Positions 21,273 to 32,811 of a stretch of 64,000 bases of DNA are shown one piece after another; within the stretch, counting starts at the first letter, position 1; every line of letters begins with the position of its first letter. This DNA comes from Picochlorum sp. SENEW3 (Eukaryota). The translations under genes and the position numbers were made by a program. Location of the stretch: NCBI GenBank assembly GCA_034226945.1, contig CP120457.1:124001-188000 (forward strand). The letters run 5' to 3'. Under the pieces are notes generated by a model. It did no database searches. It was not told the DNA's origin and worked only from the letters and a program-made list of their open reading frames with translations.

Positions 21273-22619
21273 TTAGACGGATGAGGCACCAGACACAATC
21301 TCTGTCAGCTCAGTTGTAATCTTGGCCTGACGCTTACGGTTGTATACCAGGTTGAGCTTCTTCTTCAATTCACCAGCGTTATCAGAAGCACTGTTCATGG
21401 CATTCATACGGGCAGCCAACTCGGATGCGAGAGCCTCCTGGAGGGATCTGAGGAGGGTGGCGTTCATGTACAATGGCAAAAGAGCATCTACAATCTGGAC
21501 TGGGTCCTGCTCAAAAATGAGAGAGGCATCGAGGTCTCCAGTCTCGGTGGTGCTGCGCTCAGACTCGACCACAAGCTTACCGTCTCTGGTGGTGAGCTTG
21601 AAAACCTCATCCTCGGCAGCATCAACGCAGTTTCCATCAATGTCACAGACAGTTCCCTCTGCGCTCAATGGAAGCATGGTCTGGATGACTGGTGCAGAAG
21701 AGATCAAAGACACAAACTTGGTATACACGAGCTCGACCTTGTCGACCTTTTCAGAGACGAAATCAGCAAAGATGGTGTCGGCAACAGCCTGGGCCTCCTT
21801 GATGGTTGGGCTCTGTCCAACCTCGAACTCTGCCTCAATAGTGTACTGTGGGCGTCTCTTGAAGTATGTAGCTCCCTTGCGACCAATGCAGACGAGGGAG
21901 ACATCCACACCCATGGATGTCAACTCTCTGTGTCTCTGCTCTGTCTTCTTAATCAACTGAGCGTTGTATCCACCGCACAGACCACGGTCTCCAGTCACAC
22001 ACACAAGAAGCACCCTCTTCACTGGACGAACCTGGACGAGAGGAGATTCGACATCCTCGACCTGGAGTCTCTGGTTCACTCCATACAACACCTGCACATG
22101 GTTATTGGCACACCCACATCAGCCACCATATCTCCTACCAGTCACAATCTACTCCCTCGCCAACGCACCTTGACCAAATTCTCAGCAAATGGACGTCCAT
22201 TCACAACAGCCTCCTGAGCTCTGCGCACCTTGGCAGCAGCCACCAACTTCATGGCTTCTGTGATCTTCTGCGTATTCTTCACAGAAGAGATACGATCACG
22301 AAGCTCTTTCATACCAGCAGCGCGGATCTGTAATAAAAAAGTAAAATGTATCAATTATACTCTATGCAAATGGCATTGCAGGCATCACAAGGTCGCAGAC
22401 AGGAAAAGCCGCCCGAAAAACTGTCCCATGTGACCTTGCAATATATCACACAATCTCCGCATTCCTCTGTTATCAAATTACATATAAATGATATCTGACT
22501 CTGTCTAGACCTACCTGGAGCTGACCACGGGATGGAGCACCGGCCGATGCGTTGCGAGTTGCCTGGAAGGCGTGCACATTGCCGTGGAAGGCAGATTTAG
22601 TTGCGAGTGCACTCTGCAT
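21273..22619 (-). CDS. ATPC: Chloroplast ATP synthase gamma subunit (3 exons)
   Basis: Transit peptide from ATG 22619; [33 protein letters not shown], redox insert [19 protein letters not shown]. Confidence 0.97.
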
Positions 22620-22832
22620 TGTGTATCTACGTTTTTATAAGTGGGATTTCTTGAATAAAATGGGAGGCACTAGCTGAGGGATGGGTGAGTTTAGATGGAT
22701 AAGGTGGATAATCGACGACCCTTGTTTCCACGCATAGCCATCCCATCAAACGGATGATTTGATGGGTATAGTATTACACGATCAAAAAGTTCATGAGACC
22801 AGTCTGCTCTAGATGTGTACAATGCACGTTAT

Positions 22833-24065
22833 TCATCTACTTGTAACAAACAATACGCAGGTGATTAATCCAGTCATGAGCGATGTCAGTAGGGCTGACA
22901 CAATGTTCACCCCATTGTTATCTAAAACAGCTATACCTGATATTCTGGACACATCAGGGCCTGATGTTCCCGTGATCTTACCAGTCACTCTATTATACCC
23001 TGTGAATTGGACTGTTGCACCTAGAATCGAGTCAATCAGGGAGCCAATCAGTCCAGCTGCGGCACAGACACCCACCAAAGGCCACTGGCCCATGGCGTTG
23101 CCAAAGACTGCTGATGGGGACAGCAGTCCAGTGAGATAAAAGACGAGACCGATGTATACACCCCCAATGACACTTGTACCCAAGCCTAAAAGCGTGACAC
23201 CGCCGTTTGTGCCCTTCCTCACCGGCCTGAGAGTTGTGATGAGGCGTGGCTCTTGTTCACTCAGTTGTCCCACTTCTGACGACCAGGTATCGCCGCAGCA
23301 ACACGAATAGTATCCTAGGAATGCAGCTGTTAAAAACGAATACAATGGATGGGGACCTGATGGCAGCACTGTGTACTCGAGACCTCGAGACAACGTGGCT
23401 GCCTGAACAGCATACAGAGCAGGTATGAGCCCGTTCGCCAGGACCTGGACCCAGTTCCGCTGTCCACCGCGCTTGAAGTCTTCTTCAACGTCTTTATTAT
23501 CTTCTCCAAATCGAGTCAACGCGCTGCTCGCGAAGAAAAAGGCCAGCAGGACAAGCCCACACCGGAAACTGGATCCCAGCGTCACAGACCCGACCGCTAC
23601 AGCGGCAAGCGCCCCCGATGGAGACAGCGATCGATTTCGATAGCCTTTAAATCCCACATATGTTGCTAGGAATACCCCACCCATCACCTGGCTCGTCACA
23701 TGAAGCGCATGTGTTATATAACAGTACCCCAGCAGACCCACATACTTTGACAGCGGTCGCAGCACTCGCTGCCACAAGACATCTATTCGAGTCGGCATTC
23801 GAGCACTTGGAAGTGTTTCAATTGAATCAATGACCGTCTCAGCATGCGAAATCGCATCGTGAACCTTTCGCAAAGCGTCTTCCACCTCTGGATTGGTACT
23901 TGTCCTTTCCGATTCAGGCTCTGGTGTCACTTCTGCACTACTCTTTGGTTTCTCTAGGCTAATAGTTTTATTCGCTATCGGTTTATTGTGATTCCACCCG
24001 GTATGTGCGATACGACATGGTCGAATGGTGTGACACAGTCTCGCATTACCACGCCATATCGTCAT
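22833..24065 (-). CDS. DUF92/TMEM19 (PGR-like) membrane protein
   Basis: SLSPSGA, GGQRNWVQVLAN, CCCGDTWSSEVG, GTNGGVT..G, DSILGATVQ, LDNNGVN. Confidence 0.9.
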   Translation of the reverse strand: MTIWRGNARLCHTIRPCRIAHTGWNHNKPIANKTISLEKPKSSAEVTPEPESERTSTNPEVEDALRKVHDAISHAETVIDSIETLPSARMPTRIDVLWQRVLRPLSKYVGLLGYCYITHALHVTSQVMGGVFLATYVGFKGYRNRSLSPSGALAAVAVGSVTLGSSFRCGLVLLAFFFASSALTRFGEDNKDVEEDFKRGGQRNWVQVLANGLIPALYAVQAATLSRGLEYTVLPSGPHPLYSFLTAAFLGYYSCCCGDTWSSEVGQLSEQEPRLITTLRPVRKGTNGGVTLLGLGTSVIGGVYIGLVFYLTGLLSPSAVFGNAMGQWPLVGVCAAAGLIGSLIDSILGATVQFTGYNRVTGKITGTSGPDVSRISGIAVLDNNGVNIVSALLTSLMTGLITCVLFVTSR

Positions 24066-24174
24066 ATCATCAACACTGTATTTAATTTTGGCCTCTAATT
24101 CATCTAGTATGAAGATCGAAGAAATTGGTTTAGAAACCTTGCATCACAGGGGTGAAAGGATATGCCATGTGCTG

Positions 24175-26212
24175 ATGATGGCATTTTCTTCAACATCCGT
24201 GGCCCATTGTCCTCCGCCATTTCCTAATCGTATTCAAGTATTGTTAGAGAAGATATTTAATGGCAAAGATGATGGCGATCAATGCAAGAGCTCAGGGCAT
24301 GGCCGTTCCTGTCAGACATGGGACATGTCGTGGACTAGGAATTCAAAAGGGAGCTGTGAGATGTGCGATGTATTCATCTCATGGAATAAAATCAACAGGA
24401 TCGATGGATAGGTGTGTGTGATGGAATGATGCCTGGTCGATGTGGAGAATTCAAAACCCTCCTACGAGAGCATTCAACCCTTGTGGTTGATTGGGGCTGC
24501 TATGCATCGGATCATGATTCTTATATATAACGCATTGCAATTTTGATGCAGGATTGGGGCACGTATGGGATCGATCAAAGGGGTTGTTCCTCAGGCGACA
24601 GCAGCTGCTGCAGTTGCTCAGCCAGAGGGGGCATCACCTCCGTGGCCAGGGGCCAAGATTGCACCTTTGATAGCATCCGTGTCGTTGGGTTTGGTGTTGA
24701 ATTATGTAGTGCCTACTCCGGAGGGTATTACGCAGCAAGGGTGGACGCTGTTGTCCATCTTTGTGTCTACAATTGCGGGGTTGGTGCTTGAGCCTCTTCC
24801 AGTGGGTGCCTGGGCTTTTCTGTCTGCGACAGTCGCCATTGCGACCAAGACGTTGAGCTTTACATCGGCATTCACTGCGTTTACGAATGATGTGATTTGG
24901 CTTATTGTGGTGTCCTTCTTTTTTGCCAAGGTAGGTTTTGTTGTTGGGACCTGCCATGAATGGAATGGAATGTTACATGTGTGTGAACGAATGCTGTGTA
25001 GGGATTTGAAAAGACTGGTTTAGGAGAGCGTGTCGCTCAGTTGTTTGTAAAGTTCTTCGGAAAGAGCACGCTTGGGTTGGCGTATGGACTTTCTTTTGCG
25101 GAAGTATTGATTGCTCCAGCCATGCCTTCTACCACTGCGAGAGCTGGTGGGATTTTCATGCCTATTATGAACTCCTTGTCGTTAAGTGCGGATTCCAAGC
25201 CAAGTATGTTGATGTATTGTGATAACAACCTGTCGATGTGACTCACGTGTTGTAATGTTCCTGTATTCTTCTTTGTGCAGATGATCCATCAAGGAAAAAG
25301 TTGGGGGCTTTTCTGGTGAACACGCAATTTCAGGGATCTGTGAATTCGTCAGCCATGTTTTTGACTGCAGCTGCCCAGAACTTGCTGTGTCTTAAAATTG
25401 CCACGGAAATGGGAGTCATCATTCCCTCTGCGTGGGTGACATGGTTCAAAGCTGCATTTGTCCCAGCAATTATCAGTTTGTTGCTGACGCCAATGATTAT
25501 GTACAAAATCTTTCCCCCAGAAATAAAATCGACACCTGAAGCTCCTGCTTTGGCAGAAAAGCGTTTAGAGAGTATGGGGCCAATGAGTCGAGATGAGAAG
25601 ATTATGCTCGGGACAATGGGAACAGCTGTTCTCCTGTGGGTGTGTGGGGATGCATTGGGAATCTCTGCCGTGACCACAGCCATGATTGGTCTCTCGGGGC
25701 TTTTGCTCTCAGGTGTGCTTACGTGGAGAGAATGCCTGACGTATCCTGCTGCGTGGGATACCCTGTTTTGGTTTGCCATCTTGGTGGGAATGTCTGGTCA
25801 GTTGAATTCTCTGGGAGTCATTTCTCATTTTGCAAATCAGGTCGGAACTCAATTGGCAGCTGCAAGTATGAGCTGGCCACAAGTATTTGTCATCCTTAAT
25901 GCAGCATACTTTGTGTTGCATTACATGTTTGCATCCCAGACAGCTCATGTGGGAGCATTGTATTCTGCCTTCTTGGCAATGAGTCTTTCAACTGGTGTCC
26001 CTGGAGTGCTTGCAGCACTGTCCTTGGGAGTTATGTCGAACCTGTTTGGTTCTCTGACGCATTATGGATCTGGTCAGGGTGCCGTGTACTATGGTGCCGG
26101 ATATTTGGATTTGAAAGAGGTGTTCAAATATGGAGGATTGATGGGAACCTTTAATTTCATCCTGTGGATGTTGATTGGATCTGTGTGGTGGAAATTCGTG
26201 GGCCTGTTTTAG
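24175..26212 (+). CDS. DIT2: Plastidic dicarboxylate transporter (DASS family, DiT2-type glutamate/malate translocator); 5' exons uncertain
   Basis: LEPLPVGAWA, PAMPSTTARAGGIFMP (DiT2-like), FLTAAAQNLLCLK, AWDTLFWF, FASQTAHVGALY, THYGSGQ. Confidence 0.88.
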
Positions 26213-26286
26213 ATGATATTGCAGTCTATACACAGGAAGAAAGAAAACTATACAGATATTATTATAATAATGTTGAACATGAAAAA

Positions 26287-27945
26287 CTACTTCTTCTCCT
26301 TCTTAGCCTTCTTTTCCTTCTTCTTCTTTTTCTTCTCCTTCTTCTCAGATGTATCTGGTGCCTCACTTTCAGCCTTGCGCTTTTTCTTGTCCTTCTTTTG
26401 CTTTTTGCTAGGGGTCTCAGCATCTGCAGCAGCAGATCCTCCTCCCAGAGCTGTCACAACCTCGTGCATCACATCAGCATTCTTTCGTGGAGCAACACCC
26501 TCCTCATAGAATCTAAGTCTCTCTTCCACCTGCTCCTTCATTTTCTCTCCAAACGCTGGTGTACTCTCATCCATAAAGGCATCAATTCGAGATGCGATAG
26601 AACACTTGTTTGCAAGATATCGTGAAATTCTTCCCTTATTCCTCTGCTTTGCACGACCAATAAAGCTGGAATGGAAGATGAGCCCATACTTTGGTGTATT
26701 TCCTTTTGTTTTCAACGCTCTAAACAAAGCCTTCTCAGCTCCCAAGATTTGCACCGTCGAGGCTGGATATTTGGCCAAATTCGTAAGAGACCCTGCATGC
26801 GATATCAGCCTTGCAGCAACAAGCTCCCCAATAAGAGCTCCCAGGTTCGGGGCCACGGCCTGCATTTTATCCTGAAGATAGGTGAACAATTTATGTCTAT
26901 ACTCTGCCAAAGAAATAACCCTCTTGGCAAAGGCTTCGATATTAATCAGATCAATTGGAGATATATCCTGACCCATGGAGGCCTTGGCAGCATCCACCAC
27001 CTCCTTTGCCTTCTCCTCATCACCCAAAATTTCCTTAATAGCAGGAATGGACTCATCACTCAGAGTAGACTTGTCCTTGATGAACAAGGTCAATTTGGCA
27101 TAGAGGTAATTGTCTGTGACAATCTTGACAAGCTCTGGGAAATGCCACGAGTACCACTCTCTGACTCTCATCACAAACGTATTCACATCTTTATCCAAGG
27201 TATCCAAGAGAGCAATCGCCTGAATAATCATATTATCAGACTTGTTTACGTTGAATTTCACTTTTGCTCTGGAGTACGAGTGCGCCAAACCAAGCTGAGC
27301 CCTTGACATATCAGAACCGCTCAACCCCTTGATGAACGTCGTAAAGTGGTATCTGACCCCTCTGATCAACTCTCCAATCTTCTCATTACACTCACAGGGA
27401 ATCTTTGTCTCTTCCTGAATAGCAGACCCAAGCTTTGCTTCTGACACACCCAAGGTAAACTTGGCTTTCGAAGAACTCTTGACTTTCGGCAAGTTGGTCG
27501 TCAGAAAATTCACCAAATCCTCAGTCACCTATATCAACGACATCACGTCATATAAGAGTGTATGGAGACAAAGCACTTGGAGCCGGCACATTGCCGTCCA
27601 TCAGAAAAACCAATACACAACAGCATCGCCCATGTCACCATCACATCCATACATGAAATCAAATATCAATGATATTCTTAGCCCACCCTCCCATACTCAA
27701 GCACACATCCGCCGGGTGTCTGCTGCATGCATTACCTGTGACTCGGAAACGGCATTAATCTGCTCCAATGCATTCGCTGCGGACACGAATGGCTTGAAAG
27801 CTGTCAATTTAACACTTTTGCCAAATCGTGACACATCGATGATGCTTTGTTGCATTTCATCCACCGAGTTGCCAATCTCATCGAAACTCGAGACTTCGAA
27901 CAGGCCATAGCCTGATGCGCTTTCGTACAACAAAAACGTCGTCAT
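26287..27945 (-). CDS. NOP56: Box C/D snoRNP protein Nop56 (intron 27529-27735)
   Basis: [68 protein letters not shown] tail. Confidence 0.97.
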
Positions 27946-28108
27946 TGTTGTTCAATTTTACAACAATAAAAAAGTATGTGCCGCAGGGGATGGGTATCCT
28001 GCATGTATACCCTGTGTGCCATCCTGACATCCATCCAGGTGCAGCCAGAGCCAGATTGGTGTTCCTCACTGCAGTGACACGAATTCCACCGAGAAAAGGA
28101 TACGTATT

Positions 28109-29296
28109 CTACGAAATATTCTTTGATCTACTCTTCTTATGCCCAACGGATATGGATTCAGCGTTATCGAGAATGTCCTCAAACGCTGGTGGTCTCTTTG
28201 CATGCCTCACATCTCTCTGTTCTGCTGCCACCTCTCCTCGACGAGGCTCATCCTCAGCCTGAGGCGATTTCAAGTCCTCCATAGGCACCCTCCATAAATC
28301 TTGCGTTGCTGGAGATTTTTCTTTTCTCTCCCATATCACCCCTCCCTCTGAATCAGGACTCCCCCCTGTAGTAACAGTAGTATACATGGTGTATGGATCC
28401 GGAGGAATACTAGCTGTTTCATTCCCGTTGCGCTGTTCTCCGGCATCTTCTTTCTTCTCGCTTTCTATCTTTCTTGGAAAAGATTCTGAGGAACGTTTTG
28501 TTGAAGCAGCAGAGCCACTCAGCGTAGATATCAACATATACATGAGAGCTGTACCCAGCACAAGACCACCTGTTCCCATGGCAATCAATGCAACATTTTT
28601 GGAATCTACATTCTGCAACAAGGCTGAAACCCCACCACCTTCTTCAACTCTATCAACACGCCGATTAGTAGCTAGGCCATCCTCTCGCTCTCCCAACAAT
28701 GCGGCAGTTTCATCCTCCTCTTCACCACCACCGCCACGAACAATCTCAGAAGAAGCAGGAGGAGATGCCCCTGCATCCCTGCTCTCCACCACAACCATGT
28801 TACTCTTCTTTTCTTCTATATTGCTATTATTGCTGCTCCGTTGAACATCATCATCTTTATTAGTAGTAGTAGAATCATTATTCCCCACCAACCCCTGAGG
28901 AAACTCCTTCAACCCAACACCTTGCTGCTCAAACAACTTTGCCACATCCTCATCAGACATGGTCGACAGCATATCCCTATATCGCTCCACAAGCATCTTC
29001 TCAGCAACCCATCGAGGTATCGGAACAGTCCTCTCCTGCTGACCAATAGACTGGATGACCAACATGTGTCCATCCAGCCATGCACCATGTGGTTCTTGTA
29101 TTCCATGAAATGCTCCTATTCGACGCCTACAGACTATGAAAGATCCACGTCGACACCATGGTGCTCTCACATTATGAAGGATGTACGAAGAAGAAGGCTC
29201 TAGAGTTCTTGCAGAAGAATTGCGTCCATGCCGAAGAGAACTTGTGACTGATACCCTATACTGCATCCGTATCGAATGCAATGCTTTTATTTCCAT
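28109..29296 (-). CDS. Hypothetical protein with transit-peptide-like N-terminus and one transmembrane segment
   Basis: 395-aa intronless ORF; hydrophobic VALIAMGTGGLVLGTALMYMLISTL; no family recognised. Confidence 0.6.
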   Translation of the reverse strand: MEIKALHSIRMQYRVSVTSSLRHGRNSSARTLEPSSSYILHNVRAPWCRRGSFIVCRRRIGAFHGIQEPHGAWLDGHMLVIQSIGQQERTVPIPRWVAEKMLVERYRDMLSTMSDEDVAKLFEQQGVGLKEFPQGLVGNNDSTTTNKDDDVQRSSNNSNIEEKKSNMVVVESRDAGASPPASSEIVRGGGGEEEDETAALLGEREDGLATNRRVDRVEEGGGVSALLQNVDSKNVALIAMGTGGLVLGTALMYMLISTLSGSAASTKRSSESFPRKIESEKKEDAGEQRNGNETASIPPDPYTMYTTVTTGGSPDSEGGVIWERKEKSPATQDLWRVPMEDLKSPQAEDEPRRGEVAAEQRDVRHAKRPPAFEDILDNAESISVGHKKSRSKNIS

Positions 29297-29404
29297 TTAA
29301 AAAGTACACAATGGTGGTACACGCGTGTGCGTAGGTCTCAGAGAAGGAAAGAAGCACCCTATTTTCCAACAATCGAGGCAAGGCTGTCTTAAAAAATTCT
29401 CCCG

Positions 29405-29486
29405 TATCGCGTCATGTCGCGTTATAGCCGGTCATCAAAAGAATCTATGAATGCGGCAAAAGATTCCCAAACTAGGCTATATAAAT
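29405..29486 (+). promoter_or_regulatory. GAPDH upstream region with motifs shared with the arsJ upstream region
   Basis: TATCGCGTCATG 29405-29416, GGCAAAAGATTCCC 29455-29468, TATA-like CTATATAAAT 29477-29486. Confidence 0.65.
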
Positions 29487-29524
29487 TAAACTTTTGGTTT
29501 ACGAATACCCGATAGTGATTGAAA

Positions 29525-30751
29525 ATGGCTCCTGTTCCATGTTTACTCAATGGCTTTGGTCGCATTGGTATGCCTTTTTGTTGGTGTTATTCAAGGAACG
29601 AAGGACGATTCACATTGGTGTGATTGTTCCTACTACGATGCAGGAAGACTTGCCATGCGCATTGCATACGATTCCAAGGATACATCAGGGATTCAGGTTG
29701 TGCATATTAATGATTTGGCGAGTGTGGAGAGTTCTGCATACCTGCTGCAGTATGACTCTGTCCACGGGACCTGGGAGCATGATGTCCAGGTGGATGACAA
29801 GGGTAATATTGTGATTACTGATGCTCATACCAAAGAGAAGCAGGTTATTACGTACTCGAGGCATACAAGTCCAAAGGATTTGGTTCTGTCCGAGTGCAAT
29901 GGGGCGTCCATGGTGTTGGAAGGCACTGGGGTGTTTTTGACGCGGGATGCACTCCAGCCCTATTTTGATAATGGAGCATCAAAGGTGGTTGTGACTGCTC
30001 CGGTCAAGGATGCGGCAAACCCAGTGACGAATATTGTGTATGGAGTGAACCATGCCGTGTATGATCCGGCCAAGGATTCCATCGTGACTGCTGCCTCGTG
30101 CACCACCAACTGCCTGGCTCCAGTGGTCAAAGTAATTCAGGAGAAGTTGACGATTCGTCATGGATGCATCACGACAGTGCATGATGTGACCAATACTCAG
30201 AGTATTTTAGACTGTCCGAATACGAAGAAGAGCGATCTGAGGAGAGCGAGGTCTGCATTGGTGAACCTGGCCCCGACCAGTACTGGCAGTGCCACTGCCA
30301 TTGCGCTCATTTTCCCAGAGCTCAAAGGCAAGCTGAATGGACTTGCGATCCGAGTTCCGCTCACGAATTCTAGTATTACGGATTGCGTCTTCGAGGTGGA
30401 GAAGGAGACGACGGCGGAAGAGGTGAATGCGCTGTTGAAGGAGGCAGCTGAAGGGGAGCTCAAGGGTATTCTTGGGTATGAAACCAAGCCACTCGTGTCT
30501 ACCGACTACATCAATGACCCTCGCTCAGGCATCGTTGATGCTTTAAGCACCCAAGTTATTGATAAGACATTGGTGAAAATATATGTATGGGTACGTTGGT
30601 GGCTCTCGTGTAGTAGTAGTAGTATGTTGAATTGTTGTCATGGTACCCGTGATGATGATGCGTGTCTGTCGTGCAGTATGACAATGAGTTTGGATACTCT
30701 CACCGTTTTGTTGATGTGGCCAGCATGGTTGCCGCATCCATCAAGCAGTAA
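29525..30751 (+). CDS. Glyceraldehyde-3-phosphate dehydrogenase, ArsJ-associated (bacterial gap3-like) subtype; exons 29525-29567, 29644-30590, 30677-30751
   Basis: Spliced N-terminus MAPVPCLLNGFGRIGRLAMR; subtype-like motifs IVTAASCTTNCLAPVVKVI, HDVTNTQSILD, TGSATAIALIFPELKGKLNG.A.RVPL, TDCVFEVE, PLVSTDY..DPRS; ends WYDNEFGYSHR; no transit peptide. Confidence 0.93.
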
Positions 30752-30918
30752 TTATAACTGCTCATATATATGTTTTGTTCGAGTAGAATGTAACACGCAG
30801 TATGATTATTATTACTACTATGCTCCACTGCTGTTGTACTGGCTGCTCTTGACAATAGCAGTCAAGATATCTTGACCATCGCGATGGTCAGTGCCGCACT
30901 ATGCTGCACATAGTGTCA

Positions 30919-31000
30919 TATCGCGTCATGGCAAAAGATTCCCTCGGAGAATTTGTTACTTGTGCGGCGTACTCGCCTTGTTTATATAGTCTATAAAATT
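30919..31000 (+). promoter_or_regulatory. arsJ upstream region with the same two motifs fused
   Basis: TATCGCGTCATG 30919-30930 overlapping GGCAAAAGATTCCC 30930-30943; TATA-like CTATAAAATT 30991-31000. Confidence 0.65.
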
Positions 31001-31054
31001 CTAAATAATTATTTTATTGGTATTTGGGTGTATTGTGTCCGCGCATTTGCAAGT

Positions 31055-32811
31055 ATGGAGGGTCGAACTGACGCGGATGGTAAAGTCGGGGAAGAGGCTG
31101 CGTCTCAAGAGGTGATGGATCCATCAGTGGCTGAACTGGACACTGCCATGACGACTGCGAGCAATGGCGATGCAACGATTGGGGCAAAGCCATCTCGAGG
31201 CTTTGGGCATTATAAAAGGGCGATGAAAGAAAAGTATGGGGCACTGTACCCGTTTGCCATTATATCCATCACCTATCTGTTGTTTACTGTGACTGATGGG
31301 GCTGTGAGGATGATTGTGCTCTTGCACGCATATAATAAAGGATTTACTGCCATGGATGTGGCTATTATGTTTAGTTTCTACGAGTTTGCTGGTGTTGTGA
31401 CCAACTTAGTTGCTGGAATGTTGGGGGCGCGGTGGGGAATCAAGACAACATTGTTGACTGGATTGACGGTTCAGTTGGTTGCCTTTGGTATGCTGTTTGG
31501 ATGGCAGAACGACTGGTCAACAGTGGCGGCCATCGTCTATGTTACCGTGTCTCAGACGATGAGTGGTGTCGCAAAGGATTTGACGAAATTGGGGGGCAAG
31601 ACGGTGACCAAACTAGTTACTCCTGAAGGAAAGAACTCATCCTTGTTCAAACTTGTGTCTTTCATCACGGGGTGGAAGAACTCTCTCAAGGGTGTTGGAT
31701 ATTTTCTCGGTGCAGCATTAGTGAGTGTGAATTACTATCTTGCATTGGGTGTATTATGCGGGTTTATCCTCGCCGCCTACCCATTCGCTCTATTTGGTCT
31801 GTCGAATGAGCTTGGCAGAGCACGAAAGGAAAATGTCAAATTCTCTCAGCTGTTCAAGTACGTTGTTGCTGTTTTTTTCTTTTTCTCCGTGGTATCTATG
31901 TCTATGGAAAGATCATGAGTATTTATGTATATATTACGATACCTTTATGTTGCAGGAATAAGTATAACATCAACATTTTGTCCTTGTCTCGAGTGTTTTT
32001 ATTTGGGTCACGAGATTTGTGGTTTGAAGTTCCACTTCCATTCTTTTTGAGAAATCCCGAGTCGGGAATCGGATGGAGTAGAACACTAACAGGAGCTTTT
32101 CTGGCAATATTCATCATCGTGTATGGCCAGATGCAAAGTTGGACACCCCAACTTGCCCTCAAGCCCCTCAGGCAGTCACCCCCAGACAAGTATGCTGCCA
32201 TTTGGTGGTGTGCCTCCTTGTCTGTGCCGACCGCCATTCTCGGAGGATTACTTTTAGGAAGCGATGTATTTGGTCCAAATGCAAGCTCTGGGTCAGCAAT
32301 ATCAGCATTGACCGTACTCCTGTATTCATTCTGCATCTTTTTTGCCATTAATTCTGCCATCCATTCATACTTGATTGTCCGGTATGCTGATGGAGACAAA
32401 GTCGCCATGCAAGTTGGTGTATACTACGCATCGAATGCGCTTGGAAGATTATTAGGAACCTTATTCTCTGGAGTTTTATACACATATGTGGGAAGCACTG
32501 TTGTGGATGGCTTTGGGGCATGTGTCATTGCATCATGCCTGGTGTCCTTGGTGTCCACATTTATCGATAACTTTTTGCGAGAAGATCAGGTAGGAGCCAC
32601 ATTCTTCGGACCATTGAACAGATGCTTCCCTTGCTGGATTCCAGCACCACAAGCTGTGCTGGATATTGAGGCAAAGGGAGTAGATGATTCAGCACAGCAG
32701 ACTGAAGGAATGACACCATGTGACAAGACCATGGATGGAGAGCAATCGATAGAAAACGTCAACGGGGCTGTAGATGCACCATCAGAGATGGCACCGCCGT
32801 CAAAGTGCTAG
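31055..32811 (+). CDS. arsJ: ArsJ-family organoarsenical efflux MFS transporter (intron 31858-31955)
   Basis: FTVTDGAVRM.VLL, FSFYEFAGVVTNL.AG.LGAR, SGVAKDLTK, TGWKNSLKGVGYFLG, INILSLSRVFLFGSRDLWF.V.LP.FL, FAINSAIHSYLIV.YA.GDKVA..VG.YY..NA.GRL.GT. Confidence 0.9.

Noticed and set aside
29550..30875. 441-aa GAPDH ORF with apparent signal peptide and hydrophobic tail
   Set aside because: Both extensions are intron read-through; splicing restores NGFGRIGR and WYDNEFGY.
29525..32811. Bacterial contamination as the source of gapdh-arsJ
   Set aside because: Three GT-AG introns restore conserved motifs, and the flanks are continuous with algal genes.
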